From assembly GCF_009914755.1 (NCBI RefSeq), contig NC_060937.1: 64,000 nt of DNA; one strand, given 5' to 3'. Numbering within the stretch: position 1 is the first letter of the stretch; each line of letters opens with the position of its first letter. The position numbers and the translations under genes were made by a program. The stretch comes from the human T2T-CHM13v2.0 reference genome, Homo sapiens. Below are positions 30,013 to 42,630 of this stretch, in pieces. The notes below the pieces were generated by a model. That model had not been told where the DNA came from. It ran no database searches and worked only from the letters and a program-made list of their open reading frames with translations.

Positions 30013-30658
30013 CTTGGGATGTGTAGAAGGTCTCAGGTATTTCAATGCATTTACATGGGAGAGCCAGCTAGAGGCAAATGGTCCATATTTTTAAAGTGAG
30101 ACTAGTCACCATGTCGTTTATTATTTTCACTCTTTTATTTTTATTTTGTTGATGCAGAATAAGTCAACAGCACATTTAATAAGGATTGGGCTTGGCAATG
30201 TTTGTATTAATAAATCCTTTGGAAAAGAGTAAAGGGTAGTAGACAAAAATAATTCAAATTAATACTCATTAGAATCTGGATTTACATGAAAAGATAGACT
30301 GGGAAAAATCAGTAACCACTTATAATACTTGCAAGAGATGCAGCATTTTAGAGGAAGTCCTGATTTCAGATAGAGCAAAAAGAATAGGAGTATTGTAAAT
30401 AGTGAGAGTATATAACATAACTGTCAACAAACCTTCCTTTCTAGAGAGCACACTGGGAAGATTTCAAGGGCTAGAGGGGGATGGAAAACGGGATTACAAA
30501 ATAAATATACAGAGCTACATGGAGGTTATAGAATGTGGTGCAGGGAATGATTTGAGAGCTCTGGAGTCCTAGCGGTGACTCATATAAACAGGCAATGAAG
30601 GCATAAATAGTTCAATTTTCATTATATAAGGCAGAGTGATATTAAGATACCATATCAT

Positions 30659-30674
30659 GGCTGGGCGTGGTGGC
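30659..30674 (+). mobile_element. Alu 5' head only (16 bp) fused to L1
   Basis: ggctgggcgtggtggc preceded by an L1-endonuclease-type site tt|aaga. Confidence 0.65.
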
Positions 30675-31090
30675 CAAGGCTATCCCGAGTGAAAAAGACA
30701 AAACTGGATGCTTCACATTACCTGACTTCAAACTATACTGCGAAGCTATAGTAACCAAATCAACATGATTCTGGCATAAAAAGACATATAGACCAATGTA
30801 TCAGAATAGAGAATCCAGAAACAAATCTATGCTTTTACAGTTAACTCATTTTTTACAAAGGAGCCAAGAACATACATTGGGAAAAGTCTCTTCAACAAAT
30901 GGTGCTGGGAAAACTAGATATCTGTAAGAATGAAACTACATCCGTACATTTCACCTTATCCAAAAATCAAAACAACAAAGATTAAAATATTAGATCTAAG
31001 ACCTGAAACTATGAAACTATAAGAAAACTTTAGAGAAAGTTTCCAGGACATTGGTCAGGGCAAAGACTTCTCTAGTAAGATCTCAAAAGG
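30673..31090 (+). mobile_element. L1MA ORF2 fragment
   Basis: cacattacctgacttcaaactatact...ttcaacaaatggtgctgggaaaact...gggcaaagacttc. Confidence 0.9.
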
Positions 31091-31099
31091 TAAGACCTT

Positions 31100-33167
31100 T
31101 TGTAAATGGGATTAATTCTTTTTTTTTCTGATTGTTCACTGCTGGAATATAAAAATGCTACTATTTTTGTACATTGATTACCAAAGTCATTCATTAGTTT
31201 TATTCCATCCAATAAAGATGGAAACTGGAAAGTTTTCCAGTAAAGTTGTTTTAAATATAAGATAACATTATCTGCAATTTGACTTCTTTTCCAGTTTAGA
31301 TGCCCTTTAATTCTTCCTTTTGTTTATTCACTCTTGCTAGGGCTTCCAGTAGTATGTTGAATAAAAGTGGTGAAAATGGGCATCCTGTCTTGTTCCAGAT
31401 AATAGAGGAAAGGCTTTCAGTTATTCAATTTTAAATTTGATAGCAGCTGAGGGACTGTCATATATGGCTTTTATCACTGTTGACATATGTCCCTTCTATA
31501 ACCAATTTTTCAAAAGTTTCTATCATGAAGGGATGTTGGATTTTATTTTATGCTGTTTTTGATAAATGTTGCGTTTTATCAAATGCTTTTTCAGCATCAA
31601 TTGAAATTTTCATATAGTGTTCGTTTTTGATAGTAAAGATATGTTTTAACACATTTATTTGATTTGTGTATGTTGAGAATCATCCTTGAATCGCTTGGGT
31701 GAGTTTCATTTAATCATGATAAATGATCTTTTTAATATGTTGTTGAATTTGGTTTACTAGTATTTTGTTGTAGATTTTTGCATCTATGTTCATCGGAGAT
31801 AGTGGCCTGTGGTTTTCTTTTTTTGTTATGTCTTTTTCTGGTTTTGGTATCAAGGTAATATTATCCTGTGGGATGAACTTGGATGTATTCCTTCCTTCAC
31901 TTCTTTGAAAATAATTGGCGTTAGTTCTTTTTTAAATATTTGGTAGAATTCAGCAGTGAAGTCAGTAGGTCTGGGACTTTCGTTTTATTCGGGGACTTTC
32001 TATTACTACTTCTATCTCATTACTGGGTGTGCTTATGGTACAATCTTGGTAGATTGTATCTGTCTAGGAATTTATCTGTCTCTTCTATGTTTTCCAATTT
32101 GGGGCATAAGGTTTTTCATTATATTCTGTAATGGTCCTTTGCATTTCTGAGGTATCAGTTTTCATGTTTCTTTTTCTCATCTGATTTAACTTATTTGGGT
32201 ATTTTTCCCTTACTTCTTTTTAGTTAGTAAGGCTTAAGGTTTGTTGATTTTGTTAATCTCAAAAAACTTTTTGTTTCATTGATCTTTTGTATTTCTCTAG
32301 TCTTAATTTTATTTATTTTTGCTCTGATATTATTTCTTTTCTTCTATTAATTTTGGATTTGGTTTACTTTTGCTTTTCAAGTTCTTTAAGTTACATCGTT
32401 AGGTTGTTTATTTGAAGATTTTCTGTTTTTGATGTAAGCATTTATTACTATAAACTTCTCTCAGTACATCTTTTGCTGTATCCCATAAGTTTTAGTATTT
32501 TGTGCTTCCATTTTCACTTGTTTCTACAATTTTAAAATTTTTTTCTTAATTGATTGTTCAAGAGTATATTTAATTTCTATGTATTTGTATAATTTTCAAA
32601 GTTCCTCTTGTTATTGATTTCTAGTTCTATTCCATTGTGGTCAGAATAGAAACTTGATATGATTTCAACATCTCTTGATTTTTCTGAGAGCTGTTTTGTG
32701 ACCTAACATATCGTCTGTCCATGACAAAGTTAAGTGTGATGAAAATAATGTGTATTGTACACTGATTGGATGAAATGTTCTGTAAATATCTATTAGGTCC
32801 ATTTGTTCCAGAATGCAGATTCAGTCTGTTGTGTCTTTGTTAATTTTTGGTCTTGATGTTCTGCCCAATGCTGAAAGTGAGGTATTGAGGTTCCCTACTG
32901 TCATTGTATTGTGATCTATCATTGGCTCTAATAATGTTTAATTTATGTGTCTGGGTGTACAAGTGCATATGCATTTACAATTATTATATTCTCTTACTGA
33001 AATGACACATTTAGCATTATAAATGACATATTTTTCCCTTTTCATGGATTTTGTCATGAAATCTATTTTATCATATATAATTATAGACACATCTGCTCTT
33101 TTTGCTTTCACTTTCCTGGAATATCTTTTTCCACCTTTTATTTTTAGTCTATATGTGTCTTTCTAGG
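31100..33167 (-). mobile_element. L1MA ORF2 (RT to EN region)
   Basis: Antisense ORF2: ttgtaaatgggatt, aaatgctttttcagcatcaattgaaat, tggtagaattcagcagtgaag. Confidence 0.88.
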
Positions 33168-34566
33168 TGTATTTGATCATTCTTGCGTTGCTACAGAGAG
33201 ATACATGAGACTGGGTAATTTATAAAGAAAAGAAGTTTAATTGACTCATGGTTCCACAGGCTGTACAGAAAGCACAGCTGGGGAGGCCTCAGAAACTTTC
33301 CATCATGGCGGAAGATGAAGGGGAAGTGGGTATGTCTTACAGGGTGGGAGCTGCAGAAAAAGGGAGAGAGCAGGGAGGTTCTACAGATTTTAAATTAGTC
33401 AGATTTCATGAAAACTCACTCACTATCATAAGAACAGCAAGGGGGAAGTCCATCCCCATGATCCAATCACCTCCCATCAGGTCCCTCCCCTGACATGTGG
33501 GGATTACAATTCAACATGACATTTGGGTGGGAACACAAATCCAAGCCATATCATTCCACCCCTGGTCCTTCTCAAATCTCATGTCCTTCTAACAATACAA
33601 TCCTCCCTTCTCAATGGTTTCCCAATTCTTAACTCATTTTAGTATTAACTCAAAAGTCTGTAGTCCGAAGTCTCATGTGAGACAAGGCAAGTCACTTCTG
33701 CCTATGGACCTGCAAATTCAAAAGCAAGTTAGCTACTTCCAAGATACAGTGGGGATACAGGTATTGGGTAAATAAATTCATTCAAAGAGGGATAAATTGG
33801 CCATAAAAAAGGGGCTACAGGCCCCATGCAAGCCAGAAACCCAGAAAGGCAGTCATTAAATCTTAAAGCTTCAAAATAATTTTCTTTGAATTCATGTCTC
33901 ACATATAGGCCACACTGGTGCAAAGGTGACCTCCCAAGGGCTTGGGCATCTCTACCCCTGTGTTTCTGCAGGATATGGCCCCCTCAGCTGCTTTCATAGG
34001 CTGGCTTTGAGTGCCTACAGCTTTTCTAGGTGCATGATGCAAGCTATCGATGGACCTACCATTCTGGGTTCTGGAGGATGGTGGCCTCTTCTCAGAGCTC
34101 CACTAGTCAGTGCCCCAGTGGGGACTCTGTGTGGGGGCTTCAACACCATGTTTCCCCTCTGCATTGCCCTAGTAGAGGTTGTCCATGAGGGCTCCACCCC
34201 TACAGCAGACTTCTGCCTGGATATCCAGGCATTCCCATACATCCCCTGGAATCTAGGTGGAGGGCCCCAAGCCTCAACTATTGCCCTCTGCACACTTGCT
34301 GGCTTAACACCACACGGAAGCCAGCAAGGCTTATGGCTTGCATCCTCTGGAACAGCAGCCTGAGACTTATCTGGGACCATTTTAGCCATGGCTGGAGGTG
34401 GAGTGGCTGGGATGCAAGGAGCAGTATCCTGAGGTTAAGCAAGGCAGCAGAACCCTAAGTCTGGCCCACAAATCCATTCTTTCCTTCTAGGCCTCTGGGC
34501 CTGTGATGGGAGGGGCTGCCATAAAAGTCTCTGAAATGCCTTCAATGCATTTTCCCCATTGTCTTT
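33168..34566 (-). mobile_element. MSTA/B element: LTR (33168-33553) plus truncated internal region (33554-34566)
   Basis: tgtatt...gagactgggtaatttataaagaaaag...ccaagccatatca, then MST-int ttccacccctggtccttctcaaatctcatgtcc; second LTR missing. Confidence 0.9.
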
Positions 34567-34594
34567 CCTTTACTTGGGTTCCCAAGTAAATTTT

Positions 34595-35700
34595 CTTACT
34601 TCCTTCCCTCACTTTCCCCCAAACAGAACAAGTTTCTCACTACACTGTGCCACCTGGAGTTGGGGGAGGGGTAATGTGGGCACTACCATGGCCACCACAG
34701 CTGGCACCATGCTGGGTTGCATTTGAAGCCCACAGTCTTTCACCAGCACAGTACTCGGGCTCACCCAAGGCCTCAGTCTGCTGCTGCCTGGCTGTCACTG
34801 ATGTTTATTACAGGCCTAAAGCTGTTTTAGTCAGCAGGTTGTAAATCCTGCTGTGACTGTTTCCATCTCACCAATGCAGCAGATTATCTTCTGGCCCAAG
34901 TTGGGTCTCAAAACAACTTCTGGGAGCAAAAGCCTGGAATTCGAGGCTTAAGAAATCTGCCCGGTGCTTTGTTTTACTGTGACTGAGCTTTTACCCAAGT
35001 TGAAAGACAAAGTCCTCTTCCTTCGCCTTCCTCTAGGCAGAACAAGTCTCTCCTCACACTGCACTGCCTGGATTTGGGGAAGGGCAATCCCGGCACTCTC
35101 ATAGCACTGATGTTGGCAGTGTAGACACCGCCAAGGTTGGTGTCAAACTGGGTTGCATCCTAAGCCCACTGCCTATGAGACTAGCACAGTGCCAAGGCTT
35201 GCCCAAGGACTACAATCTCCGTGGCCTGCTGCTCAAATTTATTTGTGGCGCTAGACCTCTTTAGTCGTTCAGTGGTGAAGATAGCTGAGATTCAGGTTCC
35301 TCCAGCTGGGGTAAAGGATTCTCTTCTGGACCAGTGGTGGTTTAACTGCTCCCTCTGTGGGCACCAGCAAAATTCTTCCTGGTGTTGAGACAGTGACAGA
35401 GAAGCACTTAATTTCAACGGAAATTCCCATATTCATTTTGCTCTCCCTCTCCCAAGCGTAGTTTCTTTCTCTCTGCTATGCTGCCTGGAGTTGGGGCAGG
35501 AGTGGTGTAGGTAATTCATGGCTCTCCTTCCTACCTTCTTCAATGCCTTTTTCTTTGTTATTATGATAAAACCAGGTATTGTGATTGCTCACCTTACTTT
35601 TTGGTTATAAGGGTGCTTTCTTGTGTAAATATTTGTTCAATTTGGGGTTTCTTCAGGGGATAATTGCTAGAAAGTTGAATTCAGTCATCTTGCTCCAGCT
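34595..35700 (-). mobile_element. L1MA (L1M1/M2-type) 5' UTR with internal monomer repeats
   Basis: Repeated aacaagt.tctc...cactg..ctgga.ttgggg units; terminus gtcatcttgctcc (reverse complement of L1 start ggagcaagatg). Confidence 0.75.
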
Positions 35701-37269
35701 TTTCTTCTGTTTCTAGTTTTGAGTTGAAAAATGATCTGAAATTATATTTGAAAGTCTGTCAAACAAAGAATTGTTTTATAATTGGGGGAATTTCAGGATT
35801 TCCCCTTGGAAAGTAAACTAAGCTTTGTTTTGCCTGTTGTGGTTAACAAGGATAAGGGCCCTCCACTCAGAACATGATTTATGGAGTTCTATGATAAAAC
35901 ATATTATTCAAGACTCTACTTGAATTTGAGGTGATTTATTATACTTGATATAAAATGAAGTTAATGAATCATAGCTGGTAGAGTCCTGAGGTCTTCAAAA
36001 TTAAGGATAACTATGACAGACCTCTGTAGTGGAAAGATATATATCTCACCTAATCTTTAATGACATTTTATGTCCCTGCAATGCCTATATGTTCAGCATT
36101 AATTTCTACTTTCGTTCTGCGAGCTGTACTGTTGAGCTTTAAGAATCTAGCTTGAATGAATGATTGAATTTGTAGAGAAACAAACTAACACAGTTACTTT
36201 CCTACCTATTACATTTGTAATTATAATACAATATGCTGTGATTATGCAAACACAAGAAATGTGCAAGATGCAAGATATGCCTTTCATAGAAGTTGGTTTC
36301 CTGAAATTTATGACTGCTTGCTTTGGTAGCTCTGTAACAACCTTTTATAAATAATAGCAGAATACTGTAATCTGACAAACTTCATAATTAAAATTATATG
36401 CTAATTGTATTAGTTTTGCTCTTTTTATAGTCTTCATACCCTTATTTAAGAAAGATTTTTGTTTAATAATAGAAATGCAAATCCTTTCATAGTGGACTTA
36501 ACTATAACTATTTTTCATAACCTATTGTTGATGTAATTGGTTATGGATTATTCAAAATTATATTTGACCTTGAAAAGAATGGCCAATGAATAAAAAGAAA
36601 GTCATGTGATCATATTTTTTCTAATCAAATGTATGTAGACATTATAAATTGCATTAAATTTTGTATTAAAAAATATAGCCACCTTTTTAAAAAAGCCATG
36701 ATACTAATTCATGTTTTCTTTCCTTGGATTCTTTAGAGAAATACGTGTAGAACATGTTCAGTAATCTCCAGTAGGATGGTCTAGCATTTCACTATTTCCA
36801 TTGTTTTAGAATGCAAAGCATTTGAATTAGCCTAGTGAATATTAAAGACGACTACAGAGAGAAGGAATTTAAGCACAGCAAGCAACCTAGCAAAATGGAT
36901 AAACCCCTGCTGACATTTCAAACCTGAGCCAGAATCCCAAGAGAATGTTGGTACCAAATCATGTAATTCACACTTCTGAAATGATACCAGATATTAACTT
37001 TTCTTAGCTTTTTTGATGATTAGTTTTTCTTATTTTTGGGGGGAAGATTAATTAATCTTATGTTTGTCAGTTACTGATTATGCTTCCTTTATATTAAATG
37101 ATTTCTGAATATTTTATAAAACAAACATGACCAAACAATAAAAAGCTATGCAAACTAAGTTAGAATGTTAAATAAGTCTGTCACTAGTTAAAATAAACAC
37201 AAAAGAGTTATAAAATTCAAATATCTAAACACATTTAATAAAGATTATTATTTTATAACACTGACTTAC

Positions 37270-37510
37270 TGACACTCAAGCTATACAATAAAAAAATATT
37301 AACTCACATACCTAAAAAAAAAAAAGGGTAGTGTGGTCTTCAAATATGACTTCATCCAGGTTCTCAAATGATGTATCAGAATTAACTCTGCTGTTAACTC
37401 CTGATTCTCTTTTCAGAACAGCTAGAAGGAAGGCTTTCTTCATAATGTAGAGAGATGGACACCAACAGCTTCAGACTTGCATCTTATTGTATAGAAAAGC
37501 ATTAGAATAC
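37270..37510 (-). mobile_element. MLT1J/K-type LTR fragment
   Basis: catccaggttctcaaatgatgt...agatggacaccaacagcttcagacttgcatctt. Confidence 0.5.
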
Positions 37511-38457
37511 TTCCTGAACACTCTTAAAAAACAATAGCCTTCTGCTTTGGAAAATAAGACATGTATTTATGAAATAGTTTAAAGTTCAAGTAATGTAACC
37601 TTTAATGGCAAAATATATGACATAGAAACTAAGTGCCATTAGGATTCTTAAGAGAGCAAGATCTGCCAATGGAAAGCTTTGCTTTGTTTCAGCCCTTGTC
37701 CATCAGATAATCTTTCACCAGGCTTGCCCAAGTGAAAATTTCCTTTATCTTTCTCTTTCTCCCAACTGGTTTGCCTAACAACTTGTCTGCACTTAATGCT
37801 TACTTTCATCTCCATCATTTTGCATTCATCTGCTCTGTTTCATTATGTACTCTGTTCCTTTTACCAAATTAATATTTTATTGCATTTCCTATGAAATATT
37901 CTCACTGGTTTGATCTGTTGCATGTAGTGATCTGTAATACTTTCCAAATAACACAATTATCTTGATTTGGAACTCTTATTTTCCCTCCTGACTATTCAGA
38001 TAATCATATACAAAATGCCATTTATATGAATCATTTTTTTTTCTTTCAGAGGGGCCTCATCTACGCTTATTTTAATCTTCAACTCTGCCAAGGCCTGACA
38101 TTCAATGGGCTCATTGCATTAAATTGATGCAATAAGTAGCACACTCAATTCTAAAGGTTTAACACTATGCTCTTCCTGTGATTACATTTCAAATAAAACC
38201 TAGAATCAACAGGATTCGTGCACTATGGAAATTCGAAGAAAACTATTTCTAAGACATTCCCTGAAATCACACTATGAACTTAACTGTTAACTTGATGGTG
38301 ATAATAATTTGATTAACAAGTGTTCCCATTCCCCAAATATTTTATTTGCTATAATTAAAAAACAACCAAATAAAATTATATATATTGATTATATATGCAT
38401 ATGTATATATATATAGAGAGAGATAAATAAATATACATATTTATTTATTTATTTTGA

Positions 38458-39170
38458 TGTGGGGTCAGGAAGAGAGTTTCTCCTTTGCCCTCTGAAGACT
38501 CACTGCAGATAAACAGGAGGAAAAAGAAAAAACAATAAAAAATGTAATGTGCGTGAGCACAAGAGAATTACAAAATGACTACTCACTAACCTACTGTAGT
38601 CCCGATGCTTATATGTCCTTCTTCATAGGGAACTAGAGGTGGATGTGTAGGAGTATATGATTTTCAGGGAAAATGAATGAGTCCAAAAAACTCTGGGTCA
38701 AAATCCCTCTGAGTTCCAGCAAAGGTGGTGGGAAAGTAAAGGGCTGAACTTCACTGTGAACAAAATTTGTCTTATGCAGAGAAAGCCTCCAGGGAAATCT
38801 CTGGGAGGGCCCCTCAAAAGACAAAAATAAAAGTTTGTCTAGGCATGGTGATAACTCCTTGTTTCTCTTCTTCTCCTGTGGTTAAATTTTCTGTTTATTT
38901 GATGAGACCCTTAGGAGAGGTTCTTAAGACAATTGCATTTCTCTTGGAGAAAATCTTCCCTAGTCAAATAAGGAAATTCCAGAGAGGATAACTCTCAGTA
39001 TTTTGGTGCTTCATAAAATAAAAAGAATCAAGAGAAAGGGGGGCAGGGGAGGGTCAGAGAGAACTTGGTTTTGAGCCTTATTTCTAATGGCTATTTAATT
39101 TCCTTTAATTCAAAGCACCTGCCGAAGTGCCATATTATTGATGTATCATTTTTTCGAAGCTGAGTATCAG
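38458..39170 (-). mobile_element. ERV1 solo LTR of the MER34/MER39 group
   Basis: ataaggaaattccagagag, ggtcagagagaacttgg, aatttcctttaattcaaagcac..gccgaagtgccata. Confidence 0.7.
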
Positions 39171-39888
39171 CAAGTCATACGATGATATTTTACACACACA
39201 CAAACACACACACACTGAGAGAGAGAACAGAAACTATAAGGCAATGGATATGAAATGACAAACATAATCTATAATATTTCAAAAAACTATTTTACTATAT
39301 TCAAATACATTTCACTATTTGCATTGTTTATGTTTAAAATGTTTGTTATGTAGCAAGTAATTACAAAACTCAAGTTGGAAATGAATACATTATATTGAAA
39401 CTTACCAAGTATTAGCATTTACATTAAGACATTTGTTTATAATGATTTATCTCATGATATTATGTGATTTTCCTGATAGGTAGAAAGTGCCTTTACTCTA
39501 GCAATTACTGTATAAATTTTTTATTATTCTAAATTATTCAGTCACAGTAGTCAACATCCTATCCATAGAGCATGTTCATTTGTACATGCTGCTTTTAGGA
39601 GAATATGAGAACCAAAAATACAGTTTGTGAATGTATTCCACAAATTACTTTTTTCCTGATAATCCAGTTTTAGCATTATTCATTTCAGATTCTGACTAGG
39701 TAAGAAAGGCTTCCAAATGACCTTAATCTTCTACAGTTGCCTACTGTTTTATTGCCTGAATATAAATATCCAAATATACAATGTTATTTCTCATAAATGG
39801 AATGGGAGATTGTAGGATTATGTGTGATAGTCATGACTGATATCCAGAGTCTCAACCACAAGGCTCAGCTTTTAACATTCACATTAGC

Positions 39889-40311
39889 TGTGATGGACAC
39901 TACCTAATTCCACAGATATCTTCCAACATCTCAGCTTTCTGCCTCAGGCTTTCTTTGACACCCTAAGAGCTTAATCAATGCAAGTATATCCTTGAAGTGC
40001 AGGGAAGCTGATGCTCCTGGGGCGGCCTTCATTAATAGAGAATGGTGGTCAGTGAATAGATGTTCCAGTCTCCAGTCTCCCAGAAGGACAATTCTAAGTT
40101 TTGTTCCACATCCTTCTTCAGAGAGTCCTCAGCAGGATTGACCTCTTTCTGACAATTATCTGGAAATGTAATGCCAGTTTGGGTTCCTTGTCATACCTAT
40201 ATCAGTTTCCCAGTCCCTTTACTCTAACTTCTTAATACTATCCCCTGCCCACAATAGCTACCTGTTCCCAAGTCTTCTCTTGCTCTGTATCAGGAGAACA
40301 AACTAATGGTA
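39889..40311 (+). mobile_element. LTR16-type (ERVL) solo LTR
   Basis: tgtgatggacact...gaagtgcaggga..tgatgctcctgggg...ggacaattct...ctctgtatcaggagaacaaactaa. Confidence 0.7.
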
Positions 40312-41419
40312 TCCTACCACCAGATTAAAATTGCATTCATTTTCACATCTTAATTGTCAATAAAATACATGAAATATAATGGAGTTTGTCTAGAATGTGT
40401 AGTTTATAATATCTCAATTACCAGTTTATAATGTATTTATCACTAGGAAATGTGATTTTTATCTTCTGACGTGTCCATGATGTATATATTCTTCTAGAAA
40501 TTATGTGTGTTTGTTTTTCTTTGGTTTATTAAATAAGATGTGCAATTTTCTGGTGTCTGATGTATTTTACAGTCAGTAAAGTGTAAATTTAGAATGAAAT
40601 GAATTTGCTAAATATGGAACTATGTATCATCTTGATTTAGATTGTATGTCTTTTGCAGCTTTCAGAATATTTTCTACTTTTTCCAAAAGTCACATAAGCT
40701 TTCATTTGAATTTATTTTGTTGACAAGGGGTTTGACTTGATGATCCATGGTGTTCATCTGGAATACTGATCCTTTTCCTTGCTAGAAGGCAAAAGCCACA
40801 GTGCACATTGACAAAAGCTGTAGTTTTACTCGCTGTATTCTAATAAACACAGGTTCAGCTAGGTGTTCCTTTCAACTTCCTTTAGAATGGGTGAATACAT
40901 CCAGGACAACTGTTCTGTGCAAACTTTTAAATTACTTTCTTACTAAATTATAGTAAACGGATCAAGAGATTGTTACCCTCCTAAGTGGACCTAGAGACAG
41001 AAACATAACATAGTCATGTATTTTCAATTATTACTGTAAGCTCAATTAAATAGATTAACATTATGAGCTACATTTTTCTCAGCATTAGACTGTCTAAATG
41101 CTTTAGTGTTAATTGAAGAGAAAGTACCATTTTGAATGTAGACTTTAAAGAAAAGTCTCTGTATGTTTTAAAGTGCTTTTTTTTCATTTTATTATTTCTT
41201 TCTTACCTTAATTTTTGTCACATTTTTTTGGCTAGATGTACAAATAAAATGAATATGGAAGATTACTTATATAATAATATATATTATTACACACATATAT
41301 AATATGCAATTATATTTTAAAAATTTAAGTAATAAATGAAAATCTTCAAATCTATCAAATTAATTAATTAAATTTTATTTGACAACATGAAATAGCCTCC
41401 CAAAACAAAGTGTCAGTTA

Positions 41420-42145
41420 TATCAAAGGAAATTTGCAGCACAGCTTGGGATGGGCTGCATGAAAGAGGCCTTGAAATTTAGCTTTGCTCAGCTTCTTTCT
41501 TACTCTGTGTTTTGTGTGTAACACCAAAACAGATGAAAGTCTCATTGGGTAGTATTCCAGAGTATACTGGGAGATACAGAAGCAGCACTCAGCCAAGGGA
41601 ACAGGGTGAGCCCCCATGGGCCTGGGACGATAGAGCCAATTTCAGGGGCACAGTGGCCTTAGTATAAGAAAAGTAAGCTACATCAACCAGGAAGCATGAC
41701 AGGGTTCCAACCACGCTGAGTAATCACAGATCATGTTTCACACCTACTACAAACTTCATCTAGAGCTGTCACACTGGTCAGTACCAGAAAAACAGGATTC
41801 AGAAGACACACCATGTAGAACCAAATGGCACCACATAGAGTCCAGAAAAACAAAATCATGAGAAAATGTGAGTCCTAATCTCCCCCATTATCAAGGAACC
41901 ATCAGGCTCCATGGAGTAGATCTGTAAACAGCAATGTGGGTGAAACTCAGGGAATATGAACATTTTTACCCAGAAGGAGAGTGTTACTTATAGGGTTATA
42001 AACATAATTAAATTGGATAAACTATATTGAATGAAACTGCCTTCCAGTTCTTTACAGCTTTTGAAAAATGAATCAATTATAAATAAAGTAGTTTGATTCT
42101 CTTGCACTTCAGAGCTGAATGTGAATATAATTTATGCTACCACCA
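41420..42145 (+). mobile_element. Possible ancient Gypsy-like LTR (MamGypLTR/LTR85-88 type)
   Basis: GC-richer block ending aaataaagt...ttgcacttcagagctgaatgtgaatataatttatgctac, resembling the 3' end of these LTRs. Confidence 0.35.
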
Positions 42146-42289
42146 TACACAGGTGCTAACTATACTTGTCCATATCTTTCAAATAGTTTTAGAGTGTATT
42201 AGGATTCTGAAGGTGGACAAGCATGGCAAATGCATTTCATCATTCAGTAAAGTCTCAAGTATAGGAGGCTAATGATATGAACACAGGTA

Positions 42290-42630
42290 GTACCTATTTG
42301 CTACTATATATACATATAGGTATTTCATATATGTTTTATGATACATGAACTATTTGTAAGAGCATATATATTTTATGGTATATGTCAGCATATTTCATAT
42401 ATCTTCCATAGGTACATACACATATATGTGCACTATTTGCTACTATGCATGTATATATTTCATATATCTTTTATATGTTCACATACACATATATGTACAC
42501 AGTTTGCTATTATATATTAATATATAATATATATTGCTATTATTTCATGAGAAATATATATAGTAGCAGTGTGTACATATATGTGTATGTATATATTTAT
42601 AGTTGTGTGTGTGTGTGTGTGTGTGTGTAT
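42290..42630. repeat. Degenerate TA/CA-rich low-complexity tract ending in (GT)n
   Basis: Repeated tatttgctactat / catatat units; (GT)n at about 42604-42628. Confidence 0.8.

Larger units (their letters stand above)
27590..30620 (-). mobile_element. Fragmented L2 host region containing nested MER44A, MLT1A, THE1 and MER5
   Basis: Purine-rich antisense L2 motifs (ggtgatattt, ccttgaggtagagagc, tgttcaagaaac..gaggacagcatggctggagc, gagactagtca). Confidence 0.55.

Noticed and set aside
34600-35300. Long degenerate direct repeats
   Set aside because: Explained by monomer repeats native to old L1 5' UTRs.
38034-38160. Strong acceptor ttttttttctttcag at 38049
   Set aside because: No convincing downstream donor; isolated acceptors are common in T-rich DNA.
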